This document shows positions 1 through 10,665 of a DNA stretch of 64,000 nt, piece after piece. The stretch is from contig JAMWBK010000005.1 in assembly GCA_029953675.1 (NCBI GenBank), positions 1,054,001-1,118,000 of the forward strand, in the 5' to 3' direction. Made by a program: the position numbers and the translations under genes. Origin of the DNA: Rhodosorus marinus CCMP1338. Its lineage: Eukaryota > Plantae > Rhodophyta. Below the pieces are notes generated by a model. It saw only the letters and a list, made by a program, of their open reading frames with translations. It made no database searches and had not been told where the DNA came from. Position 1 is the stretch's first letter; each line of letters opens with the position of its first letter.

Positions 1-930
1 TCGACCGCGTCGTCCAACTCCTTTCGCCCCACAAACGCTGCTTTTCCCTCGCAGCCTTTGGTCTTCCGGGTTGCTGTTTTGCATCTGGAGCGCGATGTCG
101 CCTGCGCCTGGAATTGTGGTCATCAAAAAAATTCCATGGATAGCAGGTAGCATTCTCTGAGTGATCCTTGGTCAACCCAGTTCTTCGGTTCTCCTCGTGC
201 TCAGTTCACTGTTTTTTCGTCGTCACCAGGAGAATTCCGAGGTAGTTTTCGTCATCGTGAAGCGGGTGAATAACCCGCTTCCCTGTGGCCGGCTGTCTAC
301 CCAGCGGAACCAGAAAGAGGACGTACAACTGCTTGCCTCTCTTGGGAGGGCCGGCTTTGTAGTGAAATACTATCCTCGCAATGCAAATGTTCTGAATGTG
401 GTGCAGGAAATGACCTCGCCCACAGCGAATCCTACGTCTTTCCAAGGTTTCTTAGCTGTATTAAATGGACTCTCGCGGAGAATCTTCACTAGCAGTCAGC
501 AACTCAGCGCCCACTAGACACCAGGAGATTAAATGAGATTGGGTCTCACGAATTCAACCCGCTTCGACAGTGAGATCCACTCTGCGAGGCAGTAAAGGAG
601 TAAAACGCTATGGCGGTTAACATAGTGGCAGGTTCCTAGTCTCTCGGTCAAAATGTAACTCCAAACCAACGCGTTCTTGGGCGTAGCGTTTTCAACTAAA
701 TCTCTTCACAGCATCTGAAACCGTTCTTAGCGCACCGATCTGGAAATGCGAATTTTCAAGAGAGAGCGACCGGGTCGTGTCATTGGATCCCAACGTAGCC
801 AACAGACGCGAAAAAAGGATGCCAGGCATCGAGCGGTCGAAACAAAAATGCGGTTAATAGGAATTATATTCAAATTGTAGGCGCGGACCTAAACATCCAG
901 TGAACGCCGTCCAACCGTTTCAAGGATCTA

Positions 931-1419
931 TTAGTCATCAACCTGCTGAACGACGTCAGACATCCACTTGTACTTTTTTCTGATTTCCGCCTTCTCAGCT
1001 TCAGTGAAGTCGTTCACGATTCCGAAAAGCTCTTGAATTTCTTCAGTACTCTTGCCCCTGATAAGCCCAGCAATTGCTTTGCATGCAAGATCAAACAGGT
1101 CCTGGATCAACAACTGATGCGCAATCTCCGCAAGCGGGAGAAGCACTTCCTTGTCAATCTTCACGAAGTCCTTGTCCCATTTCTTGATATCCTCTTCCGG
1201 GTAATCTCTCCGAAGCGCGTCGTAGTGGTACTGGCAATACTTGACCACCAACGCAAGAATCGCCGATTCGACGCGATTGAGAGGAACCACCTTCGCGTCC
1301 TCAGTCAAATCAGCAAGGGTATCGGCAACAATTTGAGATTTGATAGCCACACCGTAATCCACTTCAAACGCATCCCCTTCTTTGCTCACCAGCACTATCC
1401 TCCGCCCCGTCGTTGCCAT
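931..1419 (-). CDS. SKP1: SKP1-like protein (divergent, intronless)
   Basis: N-terminal POZ-like IVLVSKEGDAFEVD, LVVKYCQYH, WDKDF, and C-terminal LACKAIAGLIRGKSTEEIQELFGIVNDFT match the Skp1 pattern. ATG at 1419. Confidence 0.85.
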   Translation of the reverse strand: MATTGRRIVLVSKEGDAFEVDYGVAIKSQIVADTLADLTEDAKVVPLNRVESAILALVVKYCQYHYDALRRDYPEEDIKKWDKDFVKIDKEVLLPLAEIAHQLLIQDLFDLACKAIAGLIRGKSTEEIQELFGIVNDFTEAEKAEIRKKYKWMSDVVQQVDD

Positions 1420-1545
1420 CTGTTTAACTCCCAACTGACACAACACACAGAAACACTAGTCAAATTTTAAAAAAATACAAAGCCTACTCTTCTCCTACCA
1501 TGACGCAATCCCTCCGTCACCTCCCCACATCCATCTAAAGCTTCC

Positions 1546-1591
1546 CACCAGCGGGTAGGACAGTTATATACCCTGTCCTACCCGCTCGGTG
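1546..1591. repeat. Perfect 14-bp inverted repeat enclosing a TATA-like loop upstream of SKP1
   Basis: AGCGGGTAGGACAG (1550-1563), a 9-nt spacer TTATATACC, then CTGTCCTACCCGCT (1573-1586). Extends by 4 more bp with one bulge. The loop reads TATATAA on the minus strand. Confidence 0.85.
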
Positions 1592-2440
1592 CTCATTCGA
1601 TTCGATATCTCAAAACGTTTTAGGTAATGAAAATCCACACAAGACGTTTTTATTAGCAAAGTTCATAATAGAGGCTATGGATAAGTTTTATGGATAAATT
1701 ATAGGTTGTCTATGAATAATCGAACTATTTTGGTAACGTAGTAATTATTTAGGGAATTCAATCTATTTGTTTTTTCCGAAATTAGTAAGATGAAGAGTTA
1801 ATAATTGGCTGAGTTGAATATATCTTTTGGAAATAAATTAGGCTATTGTGTGAGGACGCGGTTGGGGAGGGGTTCTTCAGTTGGCGTACAAGGTATCTTC
1901 CTGTGTCCGCTAGGCGTCGCGGTGCTACGGCTAGCTCACCAGGGGGGGACCTGAAAGAGAGCAAATCATTACGCTTGCTCGATGACGTACTCTATATTTG
2001 GCCCTCTCGGAGTTGTCTCACCGGAATTGTGTCCCGCTCGTTGTCTAGTGAGTTGGAATTGTAGGCAGGGTCGCTTCTCGCTGGTTTCGTGGCCCCTTTT
2101 GTAAGGCTCATCTGCATATTTATTGCCTCCTCACGGCACCTTCTTTAAAGCTCTGACGTTCCTCCCTACCTTGCTGTTGGGCGCTCGTCGTCTGTCTTCG
2201 TCCGCGCTCCTCAACGCGGTTGGGCTCTTGAGATGATGATGATGAGTTGGAAAGGGGAGAGTAGCGTAGAGAGGGATCTACTGTACATGAAGGTAGACGT
2301 TTATTGACTACGATCCCGCCGCTTTCTCGTCTTTCCGATTTTGGGAAGGGACGTTCTTGTGATGGAAACTGGCGTAGTTGCCGGGAAACATATCGCTGTA
2401 GACCTTTGGCAAGTCAGTTATGGGCGGCCTGGAGACTTTT

Positions 2441-2851
2441 TCAAAGCAAATTACCTCCATAGAGAAAAGATTTGTAGGCAGGTAGATAGTAAAAGGATAG
2501 CGAACACATTATCCGCCGGGTACCCGTGTTTCTCCGGACGGGATTGTTGTTTGCTTGCGAATAAGCAAATCCATTCACTACAAGGTTACCATAGACCAAG
2601 TCATTCCCCTGCGTGTCTAGTACTAGAGTTCCGAGCGCTGGTGTTTTTGACTTATCCACTGCGTTATCCAGGGCAGCTTTGAGCCGAACCTCAGAAAGGT
2701 CAAAAAAAGTTAAGGAAGTGTTTGCCAATCCTCTACATGCCGCCCGCACCCGTTCGCGCTCGGTATGAGAACAGACTAGCATGAACCCGTTAGCAAGCAC
2801 GACGACAGCAAAAGCAGTCTTCAAACGCTCCAATGCGCATAGAGCCATCAT
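2441..2851 (-). CDS. Possible hypothetical protein (exon structure unresolved)
   Basis: 136-aa ATG-initiated ORF with a hydrophobic N-terminus; no recognisable family. Confidence 0.25.
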   Translation of the reverse strand: MMALCALERLKTAFAVVVLANGFMLVCSHTERERVRAACRGLANTSLTFFDLSEVRLKAALDNAVDKSKTPALGTLVLDTQGNDLVYGNLVVNGFAYSQANNNPVRRNTGTRRIMCSLSFYYLPAYKSFLYGGNLL

Positions 2852-3303
2852 GCACTCTCCTCAAAAGGTCCAGTCCGCCGAAGATGAAAATCCAAAACAG
2901 AAGCCGTGGACCTGTCTCCCAAATGAACGTTGTTTAAGAGTTTGAAATCGATTGACTATCCTAAATGATTGATTGCTCATCCGGTGTATTTATGGACCGA
3001 TTGTCAGTAATATATGAAATGTAGAAGAAATTCGGTCGTATAATTATTTCTGCTTCAAATGGAAGTTTGAACTACGGTCGCGCTTTGGAATTGATCGGAC
3101 GGGATCCTCCATATGATGGTGGGGAGCGTCGGCCTACACAGTTTAGTATCCGAGACGGTCGGATGGGGCCGTCAGTGATCCTTCCTGGGCGGCCGAGATA
3201 CCAAGCCTGCTAGGTTCCGGCTCTGTGTATACTGGAGCGTTGGCATCTGACTGGGAGAATCGGCATCGTCGTCAGATACCTTCATTCTCCACGACTTCTG
3301 AAG

Positions 3304-4033
3304 ATGAGGTTTCACCGGGAAGCCTTCCGGCCTTGCTTGGCGTCGCTTATGAGACCTCTTTGGGTTGAAATAGTGTCCCTGCTCTTCAGCCGAGACTATC
3401 TCGATCAGCAGTCTTTTGCTGCTTTTTGGAAATTCACGGCTTGCGGTAACGATCATCGTCTGGATCGTGAGGTGGAAAGATCTTCGCAGAGAACATTCCA
3501 CCTATCCAGATACTGGCCAGACGAGTTGTGGTCACTTTTACAGTTCTCTGCCAACAATGCTTCGGCGGTACAGTGCGTCCGTGCGAGAGTTTCACAAAGC
3601 CTTCGGTCTTGATCGTGTGCTTGGTATAGTACACTGCGAGTTCCACGACCCAACTTGCGTCACCAATGCTAACAGTACAACAGTGCTTGAATTTAGACTG
3701 CTTCAACCCAGTCTAGAGCTCCGCTGGCACACACTATTGAACGGACTGGACGTGTTGGAGAACACCCGCTTGATCAATCCGGTGCTGAAAGATAATTCAC
3801 GAATTTTCTGGGACAGCTGCTCAGCCCGTACTCGGGACACCAATCAAGCTTCGTGCTCCGACATTAAAATTTGCTCGATTCTGCCAGAAACAGTGAGGAG
3901 GACCGATCTAAACCTCTCAGCTGGAAACGATCGCAAATATACCAAGCAAACTGCTGAGTTGAAGAGTTTCAGCAGGCTCCTCCAGAGCGGGGAGGGGCAC
4001 CTAGCACACAAGCAGAAGCCGCAAAGTCAGTGA
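3304..4033 (+). CDS. Possible hypothetical gene (overlapping ORFs, strand and exons uncertain)
   Basis: ORFs of 102 and 205 aa on the plus strand, with competing ORFs on the minus strand; no motif recognised. Confidence 0.2.
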
Positions 4034-6968
4034 GAAACATCATCCGTCAGACTCCAAACTCGAGCACGGATTTTTTTTTTTTCAAGGGGTGAAGAAAAAT
4101 ATACAAATCAATCGCAGAAAACTAGCCGTGTAATTCTTAGATCTCTCGGTGGGTAAAAACCTAAACTACTAATAATAAAGAAACATCAACATGTTCAGCA
4201 TGAATATCATCACCTGGAAAAAAAGAATATCATCTAGGAAGCAAACACGTCCGTATATGTCAGAAAGGATAGTGTGTCAAGGATCCTCTTTCTTTTGAAA
4301 AAGAAGGGGGTCACACAGGAATTTCGATACCGCTAAGTTTCAGGAAAAACGTCTGGAATGGAAAAGCAGAACAAAGAAATTGTTTTTTCTGTTTTAATAG
4401 GGCCGGATTTGATGTTCTCAAAAAGAGTTTTTCAGCGCTCTCGGAAGAGAGAGCAGTCTGGTGTCTTGGAAACAATCGGGGGTCGACTGACACAGATAAT
4501 AAATATGCGCCAACCCCCCTTCCCGATTCCTTCTCATGTAATGAAACTCTTCAAAAATTTAATAGACGAACCAAGAAGCAGTGTGAGAACGTTGTTTGGG
4601 AAATCTTGCCTAAAATAGAATGGTACTGCGTATCACCATACCCGACGATCCTAATTCGATGAAAAAACGAGGTATTCAGTATTTTCTAAAGCAGATTCCG
4701 CAGATTTAGATTTTTTTGTCGTTTAGCAAGATCTGAGAGGTTGAAGGTCACTACTTATAGCCAGTAGTATCCACGTTGAGTTTGCTTATACAGGACTCGC
4801 CGCAAGAGGAGCGTAGTTAGTAGGGGGGTGAAACGGGTTTTCTCTTGTTTTTTCGAAGCAAATTTGATGATATTGGTTTCGTCGGGATTGTCACCATGTG
4901 TTTTCCCTTATTTGTTCGATGCTGACACACCAATGTTTGACTGAAAATCGTGTGAAATATTGTCCCACCGGGGAACGGTATTGATCTAAGTGGCTAGAAT
5001 ATTCGACCATCGACCATTAGAGTGACCTCAGTGCCTAGAACTGAACAATTTTCAACCCCTTCTGAGGAAAACTTTCTGAGAAATTGAGCGTTGTGATTTC
5101 TTGGTCCAATCAAACTAGACGAGGCCAGTTCTAACGAGCTGAGAGCTCTGGAAACCAATAATATCGTGTGAAAAAAAGAGAAAAATTGATAGAGCCCGTT
5201 AAATTCACCCTTGATTTACTTATATAAATCATATAATTACACGCGTACCAAAAAATGTCGTATCGGGCATTTCATTGGTGGGAGAGAATGTCGGACAACT
5301 TTATTTGCTAAAATATTAATCCTTCTTACCCCCCCTCTTCCCCCAAACAGGAACCTTGAAGACAACACAGGGAGACCCTTACCCCCTTCACAAGCAATAC
5401 GTGGATGGATTCACCCGTTTCGTATATTCGAATATTTATACACAATACTAGCAAAACGGGCTATCGTGGAAACAAATATTCCCCACCCTCGAGATGTCAG
5501 CAAAATTTTGTAGCGCTCCAGATGGATATTTTGCCAGCATTGCAAATCGCACGGAGCGGGGAGGGTGGAAAGGAGTCCAAATCGGTTTGCAAGGGGGTTC
5601 TACGAATTCAACTCCACCACCATAGATGTTGGACGTACGCAGGCACGAATACTCCGTATTATTTCCGAAAATATATATTCGTGTTTTTGGGGGGGGTCGC
5701 AGGTGGACGTTACATCTAGTTTTTTGAACATGAGACCTTTGTCCATCTTTTTCCCCCCCCTCTGTTCCTCGAAGATTTTCATGTAAGCATAAATTCCGGA
5801 CCTCAAAAGTGACTCATCGAACTGGCCTAAGCAGAAGGGAAAATCGAACGTGTTTCTGTATTCTCGATTGTGAGCGCAGGACGAGGAAAATGTGGAGGGG
5901 GAGCGGGGGGAGGGAGGATTGGGAGAGAGCCGGGGAGGGGCGGATTGGACGTTCCGGAATTTTCACCCATGCGGAACATTGTCAAGCATCTAAAATCCCT
6001 TCTCCACGATAAACGCCGTAATTATTATCATAATATATAACGATGTATCTATGGTTGGTGTGGGAGGATGACAAATCACTGGGAAAAAAGTATGCCGGGT
6101 TTGGTGTGGGCCATGGGACCCTCTCTTTTATGCTTACTAGAGGTAGGGAGCAGAATTGCCGTTCTATGGCTCGTCAAAAATTCTTGTTCTCGTTTGTTTT
6201 TTGTACCCCATAGCCTGCAACTGGTTGTTGTGTTCCAGGTTGCCCATTCCACCCCTTATTTCCGCCTCCCCCCTCCCCTTTAGAAAGCGGACGACCTCTT
6301 TTCTAGTTTTCACTGCGATGGGTGTCAAGAATTTTTCCTCACGGGGTAAGTACCCAATCGGTGCCCTCAATCCTTTCTAACATATTCAGTCATATTCTTA
6401 AATAATCGAAATAATATAAAGTAAACTTGATGTTCTGTGCTTCTATGGCCATGGGTAAGAAGAAATCGACTAACGGCTGCTCGTGCTGTAAGGGAAGGTA
6501 AATGGATTGGGGGGGGTGGTTGGTGTCGGATTGGATTTTTAACGTAGAGTGAGAAAATTGAGAAAGGGGGGTATAGGATTATGTGGGAAAAGATGAGACG
6601 TTCGAAAACGATGTGGAAAATGAAATATCGTCTGGGCCTTAGCATGGGTTTTTTAAAGGATTTTTTGGTCCAATGTTTCGCGACTATACTGTTGCTCAGT
6701 ATTTAGAGCTTTGCGATGATGAGGTGCAGACAACTGTAGACGTGGATTGTAGGGTGACACCGGGGACTATCCGTAATTGTGGTATATACCGTGGTGTGGT
6801 TTGCTGTGCATCGCTAGCTTTCTGCGGGAGCGAGGGGGGAGGGTGAAGATTGTGTGTGGGTGTTTGTGTGTTTGAGAGTATTTTGAAGAGGTCCTGCACT
6901 TGGAGCTGCGGGAAATTGGAAGTGGACTGCAGTTGTAAACTATAGATCCCCGGAAATCGAAGTGCAAG

Positions 6969-7511
6969 ATGAAGCTTTCGGTTGTTTGTGTTGTGGCTTT
7001 CCTGGCTGTCGGGGCGGCTTTTGCTCTGCCCGGAGATGTAAGTGAGAAGGAAGTAGAGTTGTTGAGTGAGACTTCCTCCAGGTTGCCGGCCTGTTGTGGA
7101 AATGTGTTTAACAATATTGGCTACTATGACTATGGGGACAAGTACAGTGTGAAGAGCAAGCTTTCCCGGTGTGATGCATCGGCACCGGGATCTCGCAACT
7201 GCAGAGTAGACTGCGTTCTGCAGCCGACCTCGCAGTCGTGTATTGTCTGCTGTGCCATTAAGAACAGCCTTCGAATTTTCAAGAACTTCGGAAGAGAGAA
7301 TGGATTCTATGCTTGCAAGCAGCGATGCAAGAGAATGTTCGCATGCAGATCGGGAGGTGGGCCACCATCAACGCGACCCGTGTGCGGAGGAATGGACTGC
7401 AGCCACATTACGAGGAAGGATACGGGACCCGTTGGCCACCAGTGTGTCTACAACTCAAAGGGAGGATTCTGTGAGTGCGTGTTGCCCGGTTCGATCATGA
7501 GCCTTACTTAG
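6969..7511 (+). CDS. Secreted cysteine-rich protein (180 aa)
   Basis: Clear signal peptide MKLSVVCVVAFLAVGAAFA followed by a mature region with 16 Cys; single uninterrupted ORF. Confidence 0.8.
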   Translation: MKLSVVCVVAFLAVGAAFALPGDVSEKEVELLSETSSRLPACCGNVFNNIGYYDYGDKYSVKSKLSRCDASAPGSRNCRVDCVLQPTSQSCIVCCAIKNSLRIFKNFGRENGFYACKQRCKRMFACRSGGGPPSTRPVCGGMDCSHITRKDTGPVGHQCVYNSKGGFCECVLPGSIMSLT

Positions 7512-8671
7512 TTAGGTCGAGTAGACCGAACAGCCTCGGATCACTGGTCTTGTATTTTACGGTCATTAGACGATTTTCAGTTTCAAGAGTAAAGAGCGAA
7601 AACTATGTTCAGAATGCGTAAGGGAATCCTTCCTAGATGTTGAGCTGTTGTGGCTCACAAACACTGAACGTACTGTAGGAGCTGGTTAGTCGTGAACACT
7701 AGCCTTTCAGAATACGCAAGCTAGCTTAGGCATTGATACTGTTCAGCCGAGCAGTACAATCCCAGTTCAAATCGCCAGCATCCAAAGGACGGACAAGTTT
7801 TCACCCAAGTTGCGCGGAAGCCAAACTCCTCAAGCTAGGAGGGACGCCACAAGGTTCTTGACGCTGAGGCGATTTTGAGACGCTTATGCGAACGCGGGAT
7901 AAGCTCCTCAAAGCAGAAAATCTATTTCTCAAAAAGTCAGAGAGCCCGGGTCATGAACAGTTGCGCGCGTTTCATGGTTCGCCGTCAACCACAGCTACTC
8001 CCTGAAAGAATCCAAATTCCAAGAAGCCTCCAGAGAAGAAACGGTTTGTTCCTTTTTTTAGATCAAATATCACAAAATATCCATAAAAAGGCTCTGATAT
8101 CTTAAACTAAGGGTAGTCGCCTAATTAATGCTATCTGAATCCCAAAATTATTCAGTTAAAACAACTCCTGGGGAGAGCCCAGGCGCCCCCGGACAATGCT
8201 GGGCTGAGACTTGGAAGGCTACGCAAAAATTTGGCATGAACCGCAGTGCCAGTGCATACCTTCCTCCTCCTCAGCCCTTGGGCTTCCAGCCTGGGGTTTC
8301 GTTGCTCGCTTGTACCTCCGCCGTTGTGTTTCTCTCTGGGTTTCCTGTCCTGGTGCTGTGCATGCTCATTATGCCATCTACTACTGCGGTGTGCTTTCTC
8401 TAACCCTGTGGTGGAGGCCGGATACCCTTGACCTTTAAACACTACCCAAGTTAGAATATCTAGACGTCTGGTTTCTTCAGAGTTGCCCTCGTTGAGACCC
8501 GATTGCTCGGAGGATGCTGTGAGAGGTTCACCATCCGCTGTCGTCCAAAATCTGTCCAAAATGTTTTGTTTTTCTTCCCTATATGAACCGAAACAGTCCT
8601 TCGTTCATTAGCGCGGGAGCGCAACTTCCACGGAGGTCCGAAAACCCCTGGTCAAAGCTCGGCCCTCGCAT

Positions 8672-9918
8672 TCACGAGAGGCTCTTTCGGGCATTCAGAA
8701 TTGACTCTGCAATCGGCAAGTCCTCCGGCGTTGTGATCTTTATGTTCGTATACTCTCCTGAAGAAGGAAGGAAGAACAAACACAACAGGGTACGACTGAG
8801 CGCATTAGAATTAGGCCACCCCTGCAAAACTAGCTCCCATTCCCAAGTTTTAGGACGAACTAGAGGCCCCAGCAATCAGTAGTTCTGGGATTTAGGGCTC
8901 CGAACGCACCCATAGTGAGTTTCACTGGTCTCCCAAGCTGCTCGACAATAGAGACATCGTCCGTGACTTCGAGATCTTGCTCACGGACCAGATCGAAACC
9001 TTCGGTAAGTACTTTTTTCTCCACAACCTGCGGCGTTTGAACCTCCCAAAGACGAGATCTACGAGAAAAAGCACAGGGTTAGACGGGTTCATCCAGTCCA
9101 ACTCTCCTGTCCGGTTTGTTTGCTCACCTCTGAATGGTTCTGAGCACAAAGCTACCGTCTTCACTTTCCTTGACTGTGGCTTTACAAGGCACTCCCAAGA
9201 CAGCTGCTCCATGGGCCTCTGCATCGTTTAGAACCTTGCGAATCTCGTCGGGAGTAACCAGAGGCCGAGCAGCATCGTGAACGCAGATAAGACCAGCGTC
9301 ATTCACAGTGGCCTACCACGAAACAGGACAAGTACGACGATCTGAGCGATTGATCTCAAAAGAAAACCCAGAGTGGACTCTTGATTTACCTTCTGAAGAC
9401 CGTTATAGACAGAATCCTGTCTCTCGTTTCCCGGGCTTGCGAAGTGTAGTTGACGGTCACCGCTTGAGAGATCCGCATAATCTTCGTGGTACGACTCATC
9501 AACAACAAGGACGACCTGATGGAGAAGGACGTTATGTTTGAGTGCATGTTTTCCTGTACGACTGCTCACGCGCACCCTGCGAATCTCGCGTAAGATCGCT
9601 TACCTCCGTCACCTCCGGGAGGGACAGGAAAAGCTCAAGCGAGCGGTGTAGTATGGTCTGTCCATCCAGAACGAGAAACTGCTTCGGCACGTCTGCCTTC
9701 ATCCGCTTTCCTACCCCACCGGCGAGCACAATCGCGCATACCTGCCTCGACACTGTGCCAGTTTCAACCACGTCTGAGCTGGACATGGAAATCCGTGCTG
9801 CTTGTCGCCCACAGGATTTCCTTGACCGAAGAGATGGCCGGCATAGCTCCCTATTTCGATCTAAGGGGGTTACTTTCGATCCTCTGACGTGAATCAAGCA
9901 ACCCTCAACAAAAGCCAT
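8672..9918 (-). CDS. ispD: 2-C-methyl-D-erythritol 4-phosphate cytidylyltransferase, plastid-targeted, 4 introns
   Basis: Motifs AIVLAGGVGKRM, PKQF, RQDSVYNGL, VHDAARP, EVQTPQ, VTDDVS and NIKITTPEDL are joined by GT-AG introns. MAFV transit-peptide start. Confidence 0.95.
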
Positions 9919-10434
9919 TTCCCCTACGCTCTCTCGACCCTCTTCCCCCGTTCGGAATACCTCGCGTAGACAGGGCACACACCTCCCCTATCTCCTCGCT
10001 CTCTATCTCACGTCGGGATCTATTCGCTAATCGAATAAACAGACGATTCTTCTCGATTGATCAATCCTGCTGTTTCCAGGAAGTAACCAGCCGGTGATCT
10101 GCAAGCAGCTTTGTCAATCTGTTTTTTTTTTGTTCCGATTGTGGCTTCTCCGGACCCTTGGGTCAACGGCAAGAGTTGTAACCGGCTCACGGGGACCAAG
10201 GGTCATAGCTATTAGAGTTCTGTCTTGCATGTACGGACGAGTTGCATTCATAATTCCAAACTTGTATTTACTTAGTGCCTCATATGCTAAAGAATACTGC
10301 TGTATCAATACGCAGAAGTGTTGGGGGTTAGTGCTTTCGTGCAACCAGACGGCTTCTTTTTCGACCGGTCGCCATCCTGGCGTGTAGACGGGGTGTCCTC
10401 CAGCTCCCTCGTTCTCCCATTACCGCCGGGCAGC

Positions 10435-10665
10435 TTAGCTCGATGCGTTGGGGAAGTCCGTTCCGGGGCGATCGAGGGTCCCGTAAGCGGCCCTCACGGC
10501 ATAAGCCGCCTGGAGGAGCGCGTAAAAGTACAGCATCAGGATACCGTAGAAGATCAGCAGGGCACCGAGAATCTGGCCCCATTCCCAGGCGGTGTTGCCC
10601 CAGATTTCCGTCCTTCCATCACGCTTCTGAACCGGGTTGCTAATTTTCGGGCAGCTGCACTTCAT
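10435..10665 (-). CDS. Small single-pass membrane protein resembling the N-terminal/TM segment of X,K-ATPase beta subunits
   Basis: 76-aa ORF with strongly C/G-ending codons and one TM segment. EIWGNTAWEWGQILGALLIFYGILMLYFYALLQ aligns without gaps to the beta-subunit segment as I recall it. A likely intron (GTTAGT...TACTAG) lies just upstream of the ATG. Confidence 0.7.
   Translation of the reverse strand: MKCSCPKISNPVQKRDGRTEIWGNTAWEWGQILGALLIFYGILMLYFYALLQAAYAVRAAYGTLDRPGTDFPNASS

Noticed and set aside
1-517. ORFs at the window start
   Set aside because: No recognisable motif, and strand and exon structure cannot be resolved at the edge.
7875-8559. Several overlapping ORFs between the secreted-protein gene and ispD
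   Set aside because: Competing frames on both strands, none with convincing protein features.
10114-10434. Possible continuation of the beta-subunit-like gene by readthrough or splicing into an ectodomain
   Set aside because: Two in-frame stops follow quickly, I found no convincing donor before the stop, and downstream frames show no beta ectodomain features.
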